The position numbers and the translations under genes were made by a program. A stretch of DNA of 49,649 nt, filler included, from Streblomastix strix (Eukaryota): assembly GCA_008636045.1 (NCBI GenBank). It is 3 parts of 3 records of this genome, joined end to end, with 100 filler letters (N's around TTAATTAATTAA, not from the genome) between each part and the next. Parts side by side here need not be neighbours in the genome. Positions count along the whole stretch, not along the records: positions 1 to 16,488 come from SNRW01000802.1; positions 16,589 to 33,075 come from SNRW01000803.1; 1 more part is not named here. One strand, given 5' to 3'. Positions 13,050-26,365 of this stretch are shown in pieces. The notes under the pieces were generated by a model. The model saw only the letters and a program-made list of their open reading frames with translations, made no database searches and was not told the origin of the DNA. Position 1 is the first letter of the stretch, and every line of letters begins with the position of its first letter.

Positions 13050-15843
13050 TCATTCTTTTTTGACATCAGCATATTTAATTCCATCATTAATTTGATCTTA
13101 TTCCAATTCCTTTATATCTTCATTTTCCTCATCGTCAAGCGTATTCTGTTAAATTGAAACCATTTCTTCTTTCATTTGAAATACATATTAACGAACGCTA
13201 TTAGTTTATTTTTTAATTTTATTACATATATTTTTAATCGCTATCTCATAATTCTTTAGTTTCATATCTTACGGTTTCCAAGATTCAGCTACAGGTGTAG
13301 TTACTCCAACTTAGAAAACTTTGAAATGTTTAATAATTACATCATCAACTGGTGATTTTGATGCTCTTATAATATCTTTCTTCTCTTCTGTCATTGGAAT
13401 ATCTCTTCGATTGAATGAACTAATATCTCTAATCAAATAGAAAGTAAACAAATTATTATAAAAATCTTCATTAAAACTATTGCACAAGTTAGTGAAATGT
13501 TCTAAATCTCCTCTGTGAACTGGATTGCATTTGCATCCAACATAACGTCTATCACTATTCTCTATTTTAATTGGGAACAGGTTGTTAGTTACAATTATTA
13601 AATTAACTACATTTTCAGCTTCATGTTTAGGTACATATTTTTCATCGATTCTGAATGATCCTTCAGTTATTATCGATTTCATTGCATTCATATTAGATGG
13701 TTTCTATTCGCCACTGTTTTTCAATTCATTAGGTATTGCAATCATCCTACTTTCAATAACCGAATTAAAATTACCTACAAATTCGTCTATATCAGTAATG
13801 TTCTTAGCTGAGTAACCTGCTAGTATTTCGCATAAGACATTAGTATAAACATCCTTACCAATTCTTTATAACCCTTGAAGTATGACTGTTATTTCAGTTT
13901 TCTTACCAATATTCTATACAATATACGCGAGCTAATTCAATAAATATTCATTAATTCTATCATCATTTACAGCGATAGTATTTTTGACTAATACTAGGAA
14001 TTGTTCTATTTTCGAATAATCAATTTCATCAACTTATTTATATTTATACCCTTGAAATTCGTTGAAAATTAGTGGATTTTTACTAATGAACTTTATTCCA
14101 ATTTTATAGAATAACGATTAGAATTCTTCGAATGTATCAAAAACTGTAAAATTCTTCTTTCCATCTTATCAAAGTCTACGAACTCGCAATTAGTCATATA
14201 TAGCTTACTTATTTTTATAATGAATAATATTAGTGTCATTAATATAATCATATTCTTTAATGATGCAACATGATCCATTCTAACAGGCAGCTACTTTCAA
14301 TATTTTCTATAAATTCTATGCAATTAACTCTATTTAATTAGCATATTCTCCATTGGACGCTTTATCAAGTATGTCCTTTAATATGAATAGATCTTTCGGA
14401 TCAATCTCATATTTCTCTATGGACTTCAACACGTTTGTTATCTATTATTGTTTCTTCAATTCATAACTCTTTTTCAACAATTGTTTAAGTGTCTATTCAT
14501 AATAATCATTGTTATGATATCTTAGTATTTTTGTAAATATCCATGGGTTCGGCTTGCGTTCTCCATTAGATACAGCTTATCCATAGTTCTTATCGGCTTT
14601 TGCAGATAGCTTATTGAATTTGCGTATATTACCTATCCCTTCAGCTCTAATCGATTCACTACTGATTCCGTATAATCCACAGAATATACTTAGAATAGAT
14701 ATCTCCATATTAATTGGTTAAGGATAGTTATGTATATCAAGGTTCTTCAATCCATCAACATATCTTTATACGAGTTCATCATTCATTTATTCAATTGTAT
14801 CATCATCTTTTATTTATACTCCATATATTCTATCGTGTTGCTATTAAGCGTAATCTTTATATGAAATCTTAATATCTATATTCCATTTATCTAGTATCTC
14901 TCGCAAACTCGCTAAATGAGACGCATTTTCCTAGTTATTAACTGCTTCATATTTGAATGTTACTCATTAGTTATTTTTTGTTTCTCGAACAGCTGTGTTA
15001 GGAACAACTACTCGATTCTATACTATTTCTTTAGTCCGTTATCCATTTTCTATTTATATTTACTCATTTATGCTAATACATCAATATTAAAACTATCAGT
15101 TGTAGCAACTTTTACGTTACGATTGGAAGGTAATCTATAATTGTTTATATTATAATAGATATGTTATCCTCCATGAGCAGTCTTAATTAAACCTACATTT
15201 GGTGGAAATGTATCAATTAGATTTATCTTATTTTATCAATCTCTTCTATTGACTTATCCTTATGAATATCTATATCAACTACACATAGATTACCGTCATT
15301 CATTAATGAGAAATCAATTAATTTACCAGTTTTTTTTGTTTATTCCCTTTCTATTATCCTATTTTTGTATAATTTACTTTGTTAATCATAGCATCTTTAA
15401 TGCGTTCAATTATTGTTTTCGAATCTTATTCTTACATATATAATTCCACTATCAATTATTGTTTCAATAAATATATTATCATCTCTAGTTCTTGTTAATC
15501 TATACGCTAATTATTAAATTACAAGTCTTGTTTCATGATCACCCTCAGAATTAATTAGATCATGAATGCTTTAAACATATTCCTCTTCAATAATCTATCT
15601 TTAACTTGGTTCAGTAGTCTGTTCAATAGTCTATTCAATAACCAATTCATTTGTCTGTTCATTTGTTTGCTCATTAATCTATTCAGTCGTCTATTCATTA
15701 ATCATTTGATCAATGATAGCTTTTTCTTTGTCATCTGTTTTCGAATTACGTGTATACTTACGTTTAAGTCCTTTCTTAAGTGTAATAGATTTAACGTTTG
15801 TTTGTTGGATTGATTTGTCATTTGATAATTCATATGTTGCCAT
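13050..15843 (-). pseudogene. AEP primase-polymerase fused to a D5-like/SF3 helicase; frameshifted
   Basis: LCVVDIDIH (DxD) and KTAHGGQHIY (primase motif II). Helicase ILQGLQRIGKD...FNSVIESRMIAIPNE...KSIITE...NLIIVTNN...SDRRY. N-terminal (EQTN)-type repeats. Confidence 0.85.
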
Positions 15844-15968
15844 TTAACTTAAAAATAATAAATTGAAATCGTTTAGAGAAAAGATAGTTTCATAATTTTT
15901 AAGCAATTTGAATCAACACCATATTTGTAATCTATAGCGGCACCCATTTTATTTCTGTTCACTTGCAC

Positions 15969-16133
15969 TTCAAATTTAGTTTCGTTTGTAATGATATGGC
16001 AATAATGGCAAATATGGTCAATAGTTTTATGGCAATTTATAACCCTAGCCACCATGTACACCATTGAAATTTGGATAATTTAATCAATTTTTCCACGATT
16101 CCAAGCATTATTTAGCGAACCAAAGGTTCTCTA
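15969..16133 (-). repeat. Element intergenic repeat, copy D
   Basis: Colinear diverged copy of 12863-13027, upstream of the primase-helicase ATG. Confidence 0.9.
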
Positions 16134-16488
16134 GAACACAATAATCAAAGTAATTATTGGACTCGGTGCACATGGACATTTCAATCATTTTATCCGCATT
16201 TTTAATACTTTACGTTAATTAGCATAAAATAAGAGCAACCGACCAACCGACTAATTTTATTTTACCAAATTTTGTGGATTCAACTCAGCACAACGGCATA
16301 CATAGATAATTCACTTCATTTATCCATGATTTTGAACATATTCATCAATGTGCTCAATAAACATAGGAAAATTATATCATTCATCCGCTTCATTAATCTT
16401 TTTCAATAATCCGCTTAATTCATCGTAATCAATTATTCAAGAATTCATTTTTATCATCATATTCGTGATCAGCGTATCAATATTGACT

Positions 16489-16588
16489 NNNNNNNNNNNN
16501 NNNNNNNNNNNNNNNNNNNNNNNNNNNNNNNNTTAATTAATTAANNNNNNNNNNNNNNNNNNNNNNNNNNNNNNNNNNNNNNNNNNNN
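16489..16588. other. Artificial contig linker
   Basis: N-run, TTAATTAATTAA, N-run; exactly 100 nt. Confidence 0.97.
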
Positions 16589-17371
16589 TCTAGAAAGTCA
16601 TCATCTTCAGATTCATCAGCTCTCTTGTGTGATGGAGATATTGATCTTTAACTCTGTCTTTACTACTAATCTCTCTCTGTTATGTAAAATATCAATGGTA
16701 TTCGAGAAGTTTGTTGTTGCTGATATGCTGGAATTTGAGAATTTAACGGATAGTGTACATTTTTGTTTGTTTGTTGTCTTCTGCCACAGTCTCTCAACAG
16801 TTTATATTGCATCATATTCTACTTATTAACTCAGTTGAATCCAATTTTGCTAACTTCTTTCGTTTTCGGTATTTGATAGTTGGGGTTCGTTTATATGTGT
16901 TTAAGGTGGGTTCATCGTTGGCAAAAATTGATTCAGTGGTAGGATAACATCGAACGTAGTAGGTTAAATCGGATATTGCATTAAATATATAGAGTATTGG
17001 ATGGGGTATTGCAAAGGCTATTATCTTTATATCTATTATTGAGGAGGTTTGATGTAAAATGATTGAATTGTGCATAGGGAATCAGGCCGTACTGTTGTAA
17101 CCGATCTAACAGCAGTAAAAACGCAATCTGTTGGATTTCTGGCGTTAGTTTCTTCAAGAGATCTTGAAACCGCTCTTGTTGCATTATTTCTTGCTTGCAC
17201 TTGGTCAAGTCTATAACTTTGTATATAGTTAGCTTCTTCAGTTCCTAGTCCAGTTTTCACGTGAAGATTACAATTTTTGTTAGTAATATGTTGACTGATG
17301 CTAGAAGCGCTCCTTCGGTCTAGGGTAGTACTTATAGCAACCTCAACATATTATTATTATTTTCTGGACAT
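16589..17371 (-). CDS. Q/P/S-rich hypothetical protein, truncated at the contig end; possibly ORF1 of a retroelement
   Basis: Frame from ATG 17371 (MSRKQQQYVEVAIST...) is open for ~250 codons, with a probable frameshift near 16760. No domain recognised. Confidence 0.4.
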
Positions 17372-18493
17372 TTTACTGGTGATGGTTGTGTTTTCAGTAG
17401 GTTTCTCTATTCCATCGTGTCAATCGGCGCTCGCGTCATGCTTACCTTATAAATCCTTTCATATATGCTTATGAACGTGCGTGTATTGAATTTCAGGGTT
17501 GGTAACCAGTCTCGTTTCACAATCTATGTCAGTGTTCCCTGTAGCAATTTATACTATAATTGCAATTTCGTTTCAAAATCTGCAAGAACGTGGTCAAAAG
17601 CGATCGTCGGCTGCGCTGGTGGATTATTGTGTTTTGGCAGTTTTTGCACGTCACCAAGTCTGTGGCTACTTTTACACGTTGTCCAGCTTCTACGACCTGC
17701 AATTCTGACGGTTCTTCCGCGTAAAAATCGATTTGTGACGTTTATTTGCACCGAGATCCAGCTAATAGCGCCCGTGTTTCTGTTATCGCGCTAGATGATA
17801 CCTTTTCCGGAGTCGCTATTGTTTAATCTGGAGGTTTATCTCCTTGTTCTGACGGAACGCGTTAACAAACGTCGGTTACGGCTGCGCGTTATTCTGCAGC
17901 GGATTTTACCATACTAAGTTTGCGTAGTTTGGCGTCTAATATGAGTTTCTATTCGGCGGACGTTTGCTGGTGAAATTTGATTTGCGCTACACCCTTTCTT
18001 TTGCAGTTTTTTAAATTGCCATCCTATTGTAAACATTGTTTGAGGAATAACCAGAAGAATCACTTCAAATAGTTGATGGCAATTACTCAATATAGTTGAA
18101 ATTGTTGAATTTAATATATGCACTCCTCAAATGCCAAAGTGGGACTATTAATAATATATATTGCACACAATTTTTTGAATCGCATTTTATATAAGTATTT
18201 TTAAATATATATTATCTATAAAAATACATTAAATATTTCTATAGTTTTCTTATCTAATATTATTAAAATTTAAATAAATGAAAACGTATTTAATAAATAT
18301 TTATTTCTTTTCATTCAAATTATTGCATGCTTTTTTATAATACATTATAAATAAATTCTATCTAATCATTTTATCAATTACTTAACAGTGTTGAAATAAA
18401 CTTAATTATTGACAATATAAAGTGCAAATTAAGCGGAACTCTTATTCATTCCGCCTTTTGAAAATTCGCGAATACTTCTGACAGTTACAATAA

Positions 18494-21400
18494 ATGTTAT
18501 ACGCAAATATGAATAAAATGCATCATTCTTAATTAAAGTGGAGACTTTCTGCAAATGAATAAGAATTAAACCAGTTTTTGAACAACAGCTCAGTTAATTC
18601 GAAGAAATATTTCCAACAGTTGTTTGGACTTCTGAACTCTTCGAAGAAGAATTTGTCATCAGAAACACATTTTTCAACAAGAAAATCGGTCGTCCAGTTG
18701 CTCAGATAACAATCACACTCCAATAGGAGTCAAAATCAGAAATCTAGCTTCATTAAATGAAACTTCAGATGCCTAAATTCAAACTGAGAAAATGAATAAA
18801 GAAAATTATCAACAAATGATACTTTTAATAGGGAATGATCAAAAATACATTATTGAAAGAACTTTTGATGATCAGCCAGCTTTTGTTAAACAACTGTATA
18901 AGATATAATTGCTGTGTTTTGCATATCTTTTTTTTGAATTGATATACCCATTATCGTATATAGCTACTTAGTCTGAGAAGGAATGCACAGGTAAGTTGCA
19001 CTTAATTGTATGAGGGATTACAAGTTAGAGAAATAAGTAGAAGAAACTGCAAAAAATGGTTTTGTAAGAGTGTCTGATATTGAAGAAAGATAATTATTAC
19101 AATTAACAAATGTGAAATAGATGATATTAGATACAAATGGGGATAAATTAAATCAATAATTAAACTATACTTGAAATTAATCATAAAAGGAATTATATGC
19201 ATAATAATAATAATAATTAAATTGGAATAATTTGGATAAAAATAGCAATAATAAAAATAATTTAAATTTCCCAATTAAATATAAGTTATGAATCGAAAAA
19301 AATGAAAAATTGAATTTAAATTAAGTTGATTCATTCAAATGGTTTAAAAAAACGTCGTTTAACGTGAATGAAACAGAAATTGAAAAAATTTATATAGATA
19401 TAACTTAATTATTTAATTAAGAGAAAAAAAATGAAATTTGATGAAAAATAAATAAAGAAAACAAAAAATATATTATAAAGAGAAATAATTTAAAAGAATC
19501 TGAAAAGTTAATAAATGAATAATTAAATGAAATGATATAATAAAAAATCTATTAAAAAACAAATAAAAAAAGAACTTCTGAAAAATTCAAAAGTCATGAA
19601 GAAGAAGAAATTAGCATTAATAGCGTCCAGAGTGATTCTAGATTTCTGATCACACCACAAACAAGCGAAATGATATCTAGAAGATGTTAACAGTAACTGA
19701 TATCATTCAGAAAGGAGTATAATTTTTATTTGATTTCAACATTTGAATCACCAGAATTGAGAAATGACAAATAATATTAACATCTAACATTACAAACAAA
19801 TTAAAAATAATTACATTTATAATAAATAGAAAACAATATTTCAAGCATAGCTTATAGAAATTTAATAACATTATGGACAAATAATCTTAATCAATCATAT
19901 GTATTACTTTCTCCTATAAAACAACACTCAAATGCATATCCAATTAACATTTCATTTCCAAAAATATCACAAATAAATATCAATTCATTTCGATATATCT
20001 TGAATTATTAATAATAATTTTCCAATTTATAACTAAATAAAAGAGATCCATCAGTTACAATTTCTCCTATTCGTTCTGCAACTAAGAAAAACATTGAATA
20101 TTAATTATATATTCCAAAAATTATTTCATTAATAACTACTCCAATAACAAATACATATCTTTCAATTTCATGGAATTTGAGTTTATTTATCCAAAAATCA
20201 TAATCATAATTTTCTTTAATTAAATTAAAATTAGTAACATTCAAATTTGTATAAGAATAGTAATAATAAACAAATTCCATTTCACATTAATGAAAATCTC
20301 CATAAACACAATTAAAATTTTTAAAGTCAATCTTGAAGAAAGTTACATTATAAATGTCGTCATCGTTTTAATAATCTGCATTATCTTAAACATTCATAGA
20401 ATTACATTCTCATTAACTCAATTATTTTATGGAAGAAATTTAATAAATTATAGAATATTGCCATATTGAACTATTTATTGAAAAATTGTCAGAATATTCA
20501 AATCCAAAAATACGTAAATAATTTTACGTCACTATTATCATATCAAATAACAGTATAACATTCTGAACTTTGGGTTTCATAATGATAAAAATAAAAGGAA
20601 AATAAACTCAAATAATCAATAACACAGAAATTATTAATAGTTAAATAAAATCAAGTAAAATAATAATAAATAAATTTATTTTTGAAATTAAATAGGCAAA
20701 ATTATGAAAATTTTTTAAGAAAACTTCAAAGATTTTCAATAATTTAAAACCAGAATACTTAATAATAATAATTTACACTACTAACTTAAAAGTATTTTTT
20801 ATAATGCCCTTATATATATTTTAATAATAATCCACAAATATCTAAATACATTTACTACAACCAAATAAATCAAGCATTCTGTAAATTTCAAACATTTTTT
20901 GTACAAAAACAGATTGATTTCGTAATTCAATATCATCATTAATTGAATGATATCCAACTCATCCATTCTCTAATAGAGAAAGATAAAAAGTGAAAAATTA
21001 TTCCAAAAATAGAATCTAAAGCAGAAATGAAAAATTAAATAAATTTTAGATTAAAATGAATGCAAACTAAATGTCAGTTTAACATCATAGTACTAGTAAC
21101 ATTAAGATAAATAAGATTGTTATTCATCATTTCAAACTTTTCTATCTGATTCATTTCATGTATCTTAATCTCCTTAAAAAGACATTTTCAATCTTTGAAA
21201 CTTAATAAAAATAGAAATAATTCTTAGAACCTTAAAGTAGTTTCTAACTGATAATCGATCATTAATTTGTTGGTTGAATCAATTAATCCATAGGAAGAAG
21301 GAAAAATTTTCTTTTTACCTCATTTTAACGTAAACTTTGTTCGATTATTAGCTGCCAAATCATTTGAATAAAAATAACTTGATCGTAATATTTTGAGATT

Positions 21401-21916
21401 CAAAACTTAAATTGATTAAAAAGGTGACCAATAAGTTAATAATGTTGATTTTATTGAAGAGATTAATTATGTTGAAGATGGGAATGATGATGATAAAGAT
21501 GATGAAAATAATAAAGATAATAAGAAATAGTCTCCAATTAAATTGATTCAAGCAAAAATAATTCCAGGAGATTTCGAAATTTCTGCTTTTTTAACTTTGA
21601 AAAAACTATGACAAACGGTGAAATAAATGATATATGCGCCATGACAATAGATGAATTGAAATTCTTGAATATTGATAACAATTTTAATCAATTCATTACA
21701 TTGACTTTTAAAGTTTATCATGATCAATATCGTGAACATTATCATCCACATAATACTAATATAGATAGACGAGCATTACTTCATTCATTTTCATTCCTAT
21801 ATACCATGTAAATCACATCTTAACTAACACTTCCAAATTCAGAGATATTAAGATATTTGATAAGGAAACTGACGAAGAGTATTTTAATAAATAAAACTTA
21901 TATAATATCGATCTGA
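18494..21916 (+). pseudogene. Degenerate Q/N/S-rich host-type gene
   Basis: Plus-strand coding-like blocks (e.g. KPVFEQQLSQFEEIFPTVVW, FITLTFKVYHDQYREHYHP) broken by many frameshifts and TGAs. Limits approximate. Confidence 0.4.
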
Positions 21917-22194
21917 TTATTCTTACATATGAAATATTTTCTTAAATTAGAGGAAGATTTATTGGTAATAAAAATATTCAAAGTAAGATGTCATTTTTTG
22001 AAGTATGATTGATTCACATTGTTAAACTTTTATTTAAAATATTAATGATATATTAGAAAATTTTTGAAAAATAGTAAAATGCAAAGAAGGTAGTGATGAA
22101 AATTAATAATACAAATTTATGTTTTATGTCCAATTTATATATTTTATCAAATAAATAAATATTTAAATTTAAAAATTTTAACTTTATTAAAAAC

Positions 22195-22812
22195 TACAGT
22201 TATTTGTAAATCAGAAAAATTTGTTAACTCGTACAATTTAAATAAATTGAATAAAACTTGGATTTTTTAATTTTATTTGAAAATTGAAATAAATATTATG
22301 TAAATAAATAATTTTATGAAAATATAGATATTCCTTAAATTAATCGTTGATGCTCCTACTTTTTCCGTAGAGAGCTTTTTAAAATGTATAGTTTGTTATT
22401 TGTAAATAAGTTATTGTACATTTCAATGTTCAATTTAGTGATATTATGCCTATGAAATGATTTATTTGAATAGTATTCTTTTTAAAATTTTACTATTTTG
22501 AAAATTTTTCATCATTTATTTTATAATTTTCTCATTAAATAATGTATTTATTTCTAATTTATTCTCATTTAGATTTTATATTTAATAAATTTATTATATT
22601 ATTTTAATTTAAAAAATTTATTATTTTCATATAATTTTACAATTTTCTCCTTAATTGACAATTATTTTTTTATCTATTTACTACATTTATATTTTTAACT
22701 TGCAATTAAGTAATTATAATAAATATACCATTTATTACATTATTTATTATAAGCAATTATGAACTAAATATTCAAATTTTTTCTAACTTTTTTTTTCATA
22801 TTTTGTTAATTT
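22195..22812 (+). repeat. Left arm of a ~620-bp diverged inverted repeat
   Basis: GTAAATAAATAATTTTATGAAAATATAGA (~22300) and GCCTATGAAATGATTTATTTGAATAGTATT (~22450) match reverse complements at ~25905-25933 and ~25756-25785. Colinear throughout. Confidence 0.8.
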
Positions 22813-23639
22813 ATAAATATGTATTTCTATTACGTAATTAATTAAATTAATGAGTGATAATTCACATAACTCATCAATTTTCATCATAGAGAGGGTAAGC
22901 AGATTGAACGACTAGAACAACAATTATTCCGACCTCAATGCGAAGCAGGGGAATACAAAAATGAATTTATTGTCTGTGCTGAGCTTCTAAGAATTCAGAA
23001 AGACAAGGTAATAGTTGATTCTGATAGTGTTCGCTATGTACTGAACCATGAAAATACAAATGAGGTAGAGCGCGAAGAATCAAACGAAGGAACTGAATTC
23101 ATATCGCATTTCTCAGAAAATAAATATAGATCATAGAGACGCGAATTCCAACTTTCTAAAGAATGAATGAAGTTCATTGCAGAAATAAAATATTATTCAA
23201 CAGAATGAAAATTAGAAGTGCATTGTTCAAATGCAGAAGATGTAATAAAATAAAAGAAGCTATAATTCGCAATTTTGTGAAAAGAATATAAAATGTAATA
23301 TTAAAATTATATCAGTTTATATATCAATGAAATAAAATGCAAGTTAATCATTGATAGTAGATTACATCAAGAAGGTTTTTGTTTATTCTCAAAATTATTC
23401 ATTCAATAAACATTCAATTCAACAATTTTATTTATGTTTCATTTAATTTTTTAATTCTGAATCAAAAAATGGGATATGAATTGATTACAAAAAAAATATT
23501 TATTTATTTAAGTAAAAACAATCTCGGTAATGTAGTGAAAATGTGAAATGAATTAATATTATTTTAAAATTTTTTGTAAAAAGCATCAAAGATAACAAGT
23601 AAACAAAAAATAACAGTAAATATGTAGATCAATAAATTC

Positions 23640-25306
23640 AGTTTATATCTAATCTTATAGTAACAAACTTTGATAAATTTAAAATATTGGTCAGTCAAGC
23701 TTCTAACATTTGCGATAATGTATATGGAAGAATACAAATTCGATTGAAACGCAAATGATCAACAGAAAAGCTCAAAATTCCACTGCACTATCTTTCTCAA
23801 TTTGGATTGTTATTTATTTGCATCTTTCTGCTCTTCTTTATGCTTCAACATTAGATCGATACTCATTAATATAATTGCAAATTTATAGTATTCATCGATT
23901 TAATTTCATACTAGATATGCAAATCATTTTATTTGAGTAGTTCCACTACCTGAAGCAAATCGAAGAATTCAACTGCATTCTATTTGTGTAAGTGATTCTA
24001 CAATTTGTCAGAAGTAATGAACAATTGGTAATGTTGGTTTAATAATATTTACGATGTGAAATTTGTATAATAATCTATTATATCAAGATCACGCTACTCA
24101 CGTAATTCAAGATGAAATTCAGAGATTGTTATATCATCATTTTATTAAGTTAAATCTTATATTCGCATTGATAGTGACATCATTGCAACAAAACAATTGC
24201 TCAATCAATTCAGAATTGTATTAACTGATTCTATTTTGTATTAATGAGATTCTCCTTGATATTACTTTTTGTTTTTTTCAGAAATTGCTATAACTGCTCC
24301 ATCAGATACCAATTTAGCCGTCAATCTCTACATATTATTATTTTCACTAAATATTTTTGCAAATCGTTTATATCTCTATTTAAATATTTAAGTTTAAATA
24401 TCTATCCAAAATCAAAATTATTATTTTTTAAGTCGCCAAAATCTTTATCTTATTCACACCAGTTTTTTATTTTACTTTAGATTTTCAGTCAATCTTTCTT
24501 CATTAAATGTTTTTTCCTTTTAATTACTTCTCAATTCTGTCCCTTATCACAGCATCATTATTTCGTATGATATTCAATTTCAATTTTTTGATATCTTTTT
24601 CTTTCAATTTAATTGGGTTTCTCAAAACTCTTGATCTGAATTCTTCATTGCAGTATCATGTTCAATCAGTGAAGTTTCACTTGAAATGATAAGTTTAAAA
24701 GTAATTTTTACTGAAAAGACATTCAATAAAGAAAGGATTTTAAGAATTTGTAATTTTCATGTCAATTGCAAGTACTTAAGAATTCATGACACCAATGACT
24801 CATAATCCATGAAAGAGATGTTATTCAGCTTTCTCTATTGAGCTATAATTAATTCATCTTTTAAAAAAAATATCTTAATTCATTTCTAATTCGGATTATT
24901 GTTTAGTTGGAGATTTTCCATCATTTTTAGTTTTCAAACCTTAATTCTAGCATTTATTCAAATATAATATCAATTAATATTCATTATTTATATTAATAAT
25001 AAAACATTTAATTGCATCAAGTAATATCAAAAAATCTCTTTCTTGTGAAATTGATCATAGATAGAAACATCTATTCTTTGGCTTCATATGAAAGGAGAGA
25101 ATCAACAGTTGATAGGACTATGATCCTTCTATCGAACATGGGATTTAAATATATTTATAATGATTGCGATGATGTTGTTGTCATTGTAAATGATGATGAA
25201 TCTTAATCAGAAACTAATGATGATGATTAGTCTAATTTTTTATTTAGTGATTATTTATTTTTATCTTTTTATTTTCCATCAGTCAATTCATTAAGTATAT
25301 CACTCA
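23640..25306 (-). pseudogene. HECT E3 ubiquitin ligase relic
   Basis: PIVHYF*QIVESLTQIECS*ILRFASGS (cf. consensus FWevv..L.FvTG) and DHLRFNRICILPY (cf. AHTCFN.L.LP.Y, catalytic Cys lost). Many frameshifts; limits approximate. Confidence 0.7.
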
Positions 25307-25424
25307 GTTTTTAATTTTTAATTTAAACCCAAATATAAAAAAAAATAATAAATAATCTGTGTTTAATTAATATAAATTAAATTAAAAATATATTAGACTA
25401 ATAATAATTCAAAAATGGATTAAT

Positions 25425-26040
25425 AAATTAACTAAATATGAAAAAAATTAGAAAAAATTTGATTATTTTGTTCGTAATTGTCAATAATAAATAATGTTAT
25501 AAATGAAATATTTATTAAAATTACCTAAGAGTATATTATAAAAATAAATAAAGTAAAAAAATAATAAAAATTTTAATTAATTAATAAGAAAATTGTAAAA
25601 TTATGTGAAAATAATAAATTTCTTTATGATAATAATTTAATAAATTAATTTGAATTTAAATCAAGAAGAGAATAAATTATAAATAAATACAGTATTTAAT
25701 GAAAAAATAATAAAATGGATGAAGGATAATTTTCAAAATATTAAAAACATAAAAAAATACTATTCAAATAAATCAGTTCATAGGCGCAATATCATTAAAA
25801 TGAAAATAGAATAATACAGTAATTAATTTATTAATAACAAACTATATTTTTGAAATTGCACTCTTCGGGAAAAATCGGAGCTTTAACGCTCAAAACCATG
25901 AATGTCTATATTTTCATAAAATTATTTATTTACACACTATTAATTTCATTTTTCTAAAAAAATTAAAAAATTAAAGTTTTAATCAATTAATATTTCATTC
26001 ATGGGTTAACTAACTTTCACGTTTAAACAAACCACCGTAT
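25425..26040 (-). repeat. Right arm of the ~620-bp diverged inverted repeat
   Basis: Reverse complement of 22195-22812. Outer ends imprecise. Confidence 0.8.
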
Positions 26041-26365
26041 GTTAATTTTCTTTCGGAGAAATTTTTTGTTTTTATATTTTAATTATTTTATTTTAATTTT
26101 ATTAACATATTTTATTTTTATTGAAAGTTGATTTCAAAAAATTATTTAAATAAAAAAAATATAATTTTTTACCTAAAATATTAATTAATTTTATGAATAT
26201 TATAGTTTATATATAACATTTGTCATTATTATAATAGTATTTCCAGAAAATATTAAACTTAACTATTTTTTGCTATTAAAAAATTTAAACCAAATTTATC
26301 ATTAATTTCTCTTTTACTACATGATTCCATTTATTAATTTTATCATTTTTTAATTTATTTAATAG

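Larger units (their letters stand above)
1..16488. mobile_element. Maverick/Polinton-like endogenous DNA virus, partial and decaying (no terminal repeats or major capsid gene in view)
   Basis: Compact intronless array of minor capsid-like ORF, A32-like ATPase, protein-primed PolB, RVE integrase, KilA-N, HNH and primase-helicase, read with TAR=Gln. Several genes have frameshifts. Confidence 0.9.

Noticed and set aside
11047..16133. Four-copy repeat as a CRISPR array or as Maverick terminal inverted repeats
   Set aside because: Units are 165 bp, kilobases apart and in mixed orientation. They are internal, lack regular spacers, and have no cas genes nearby.
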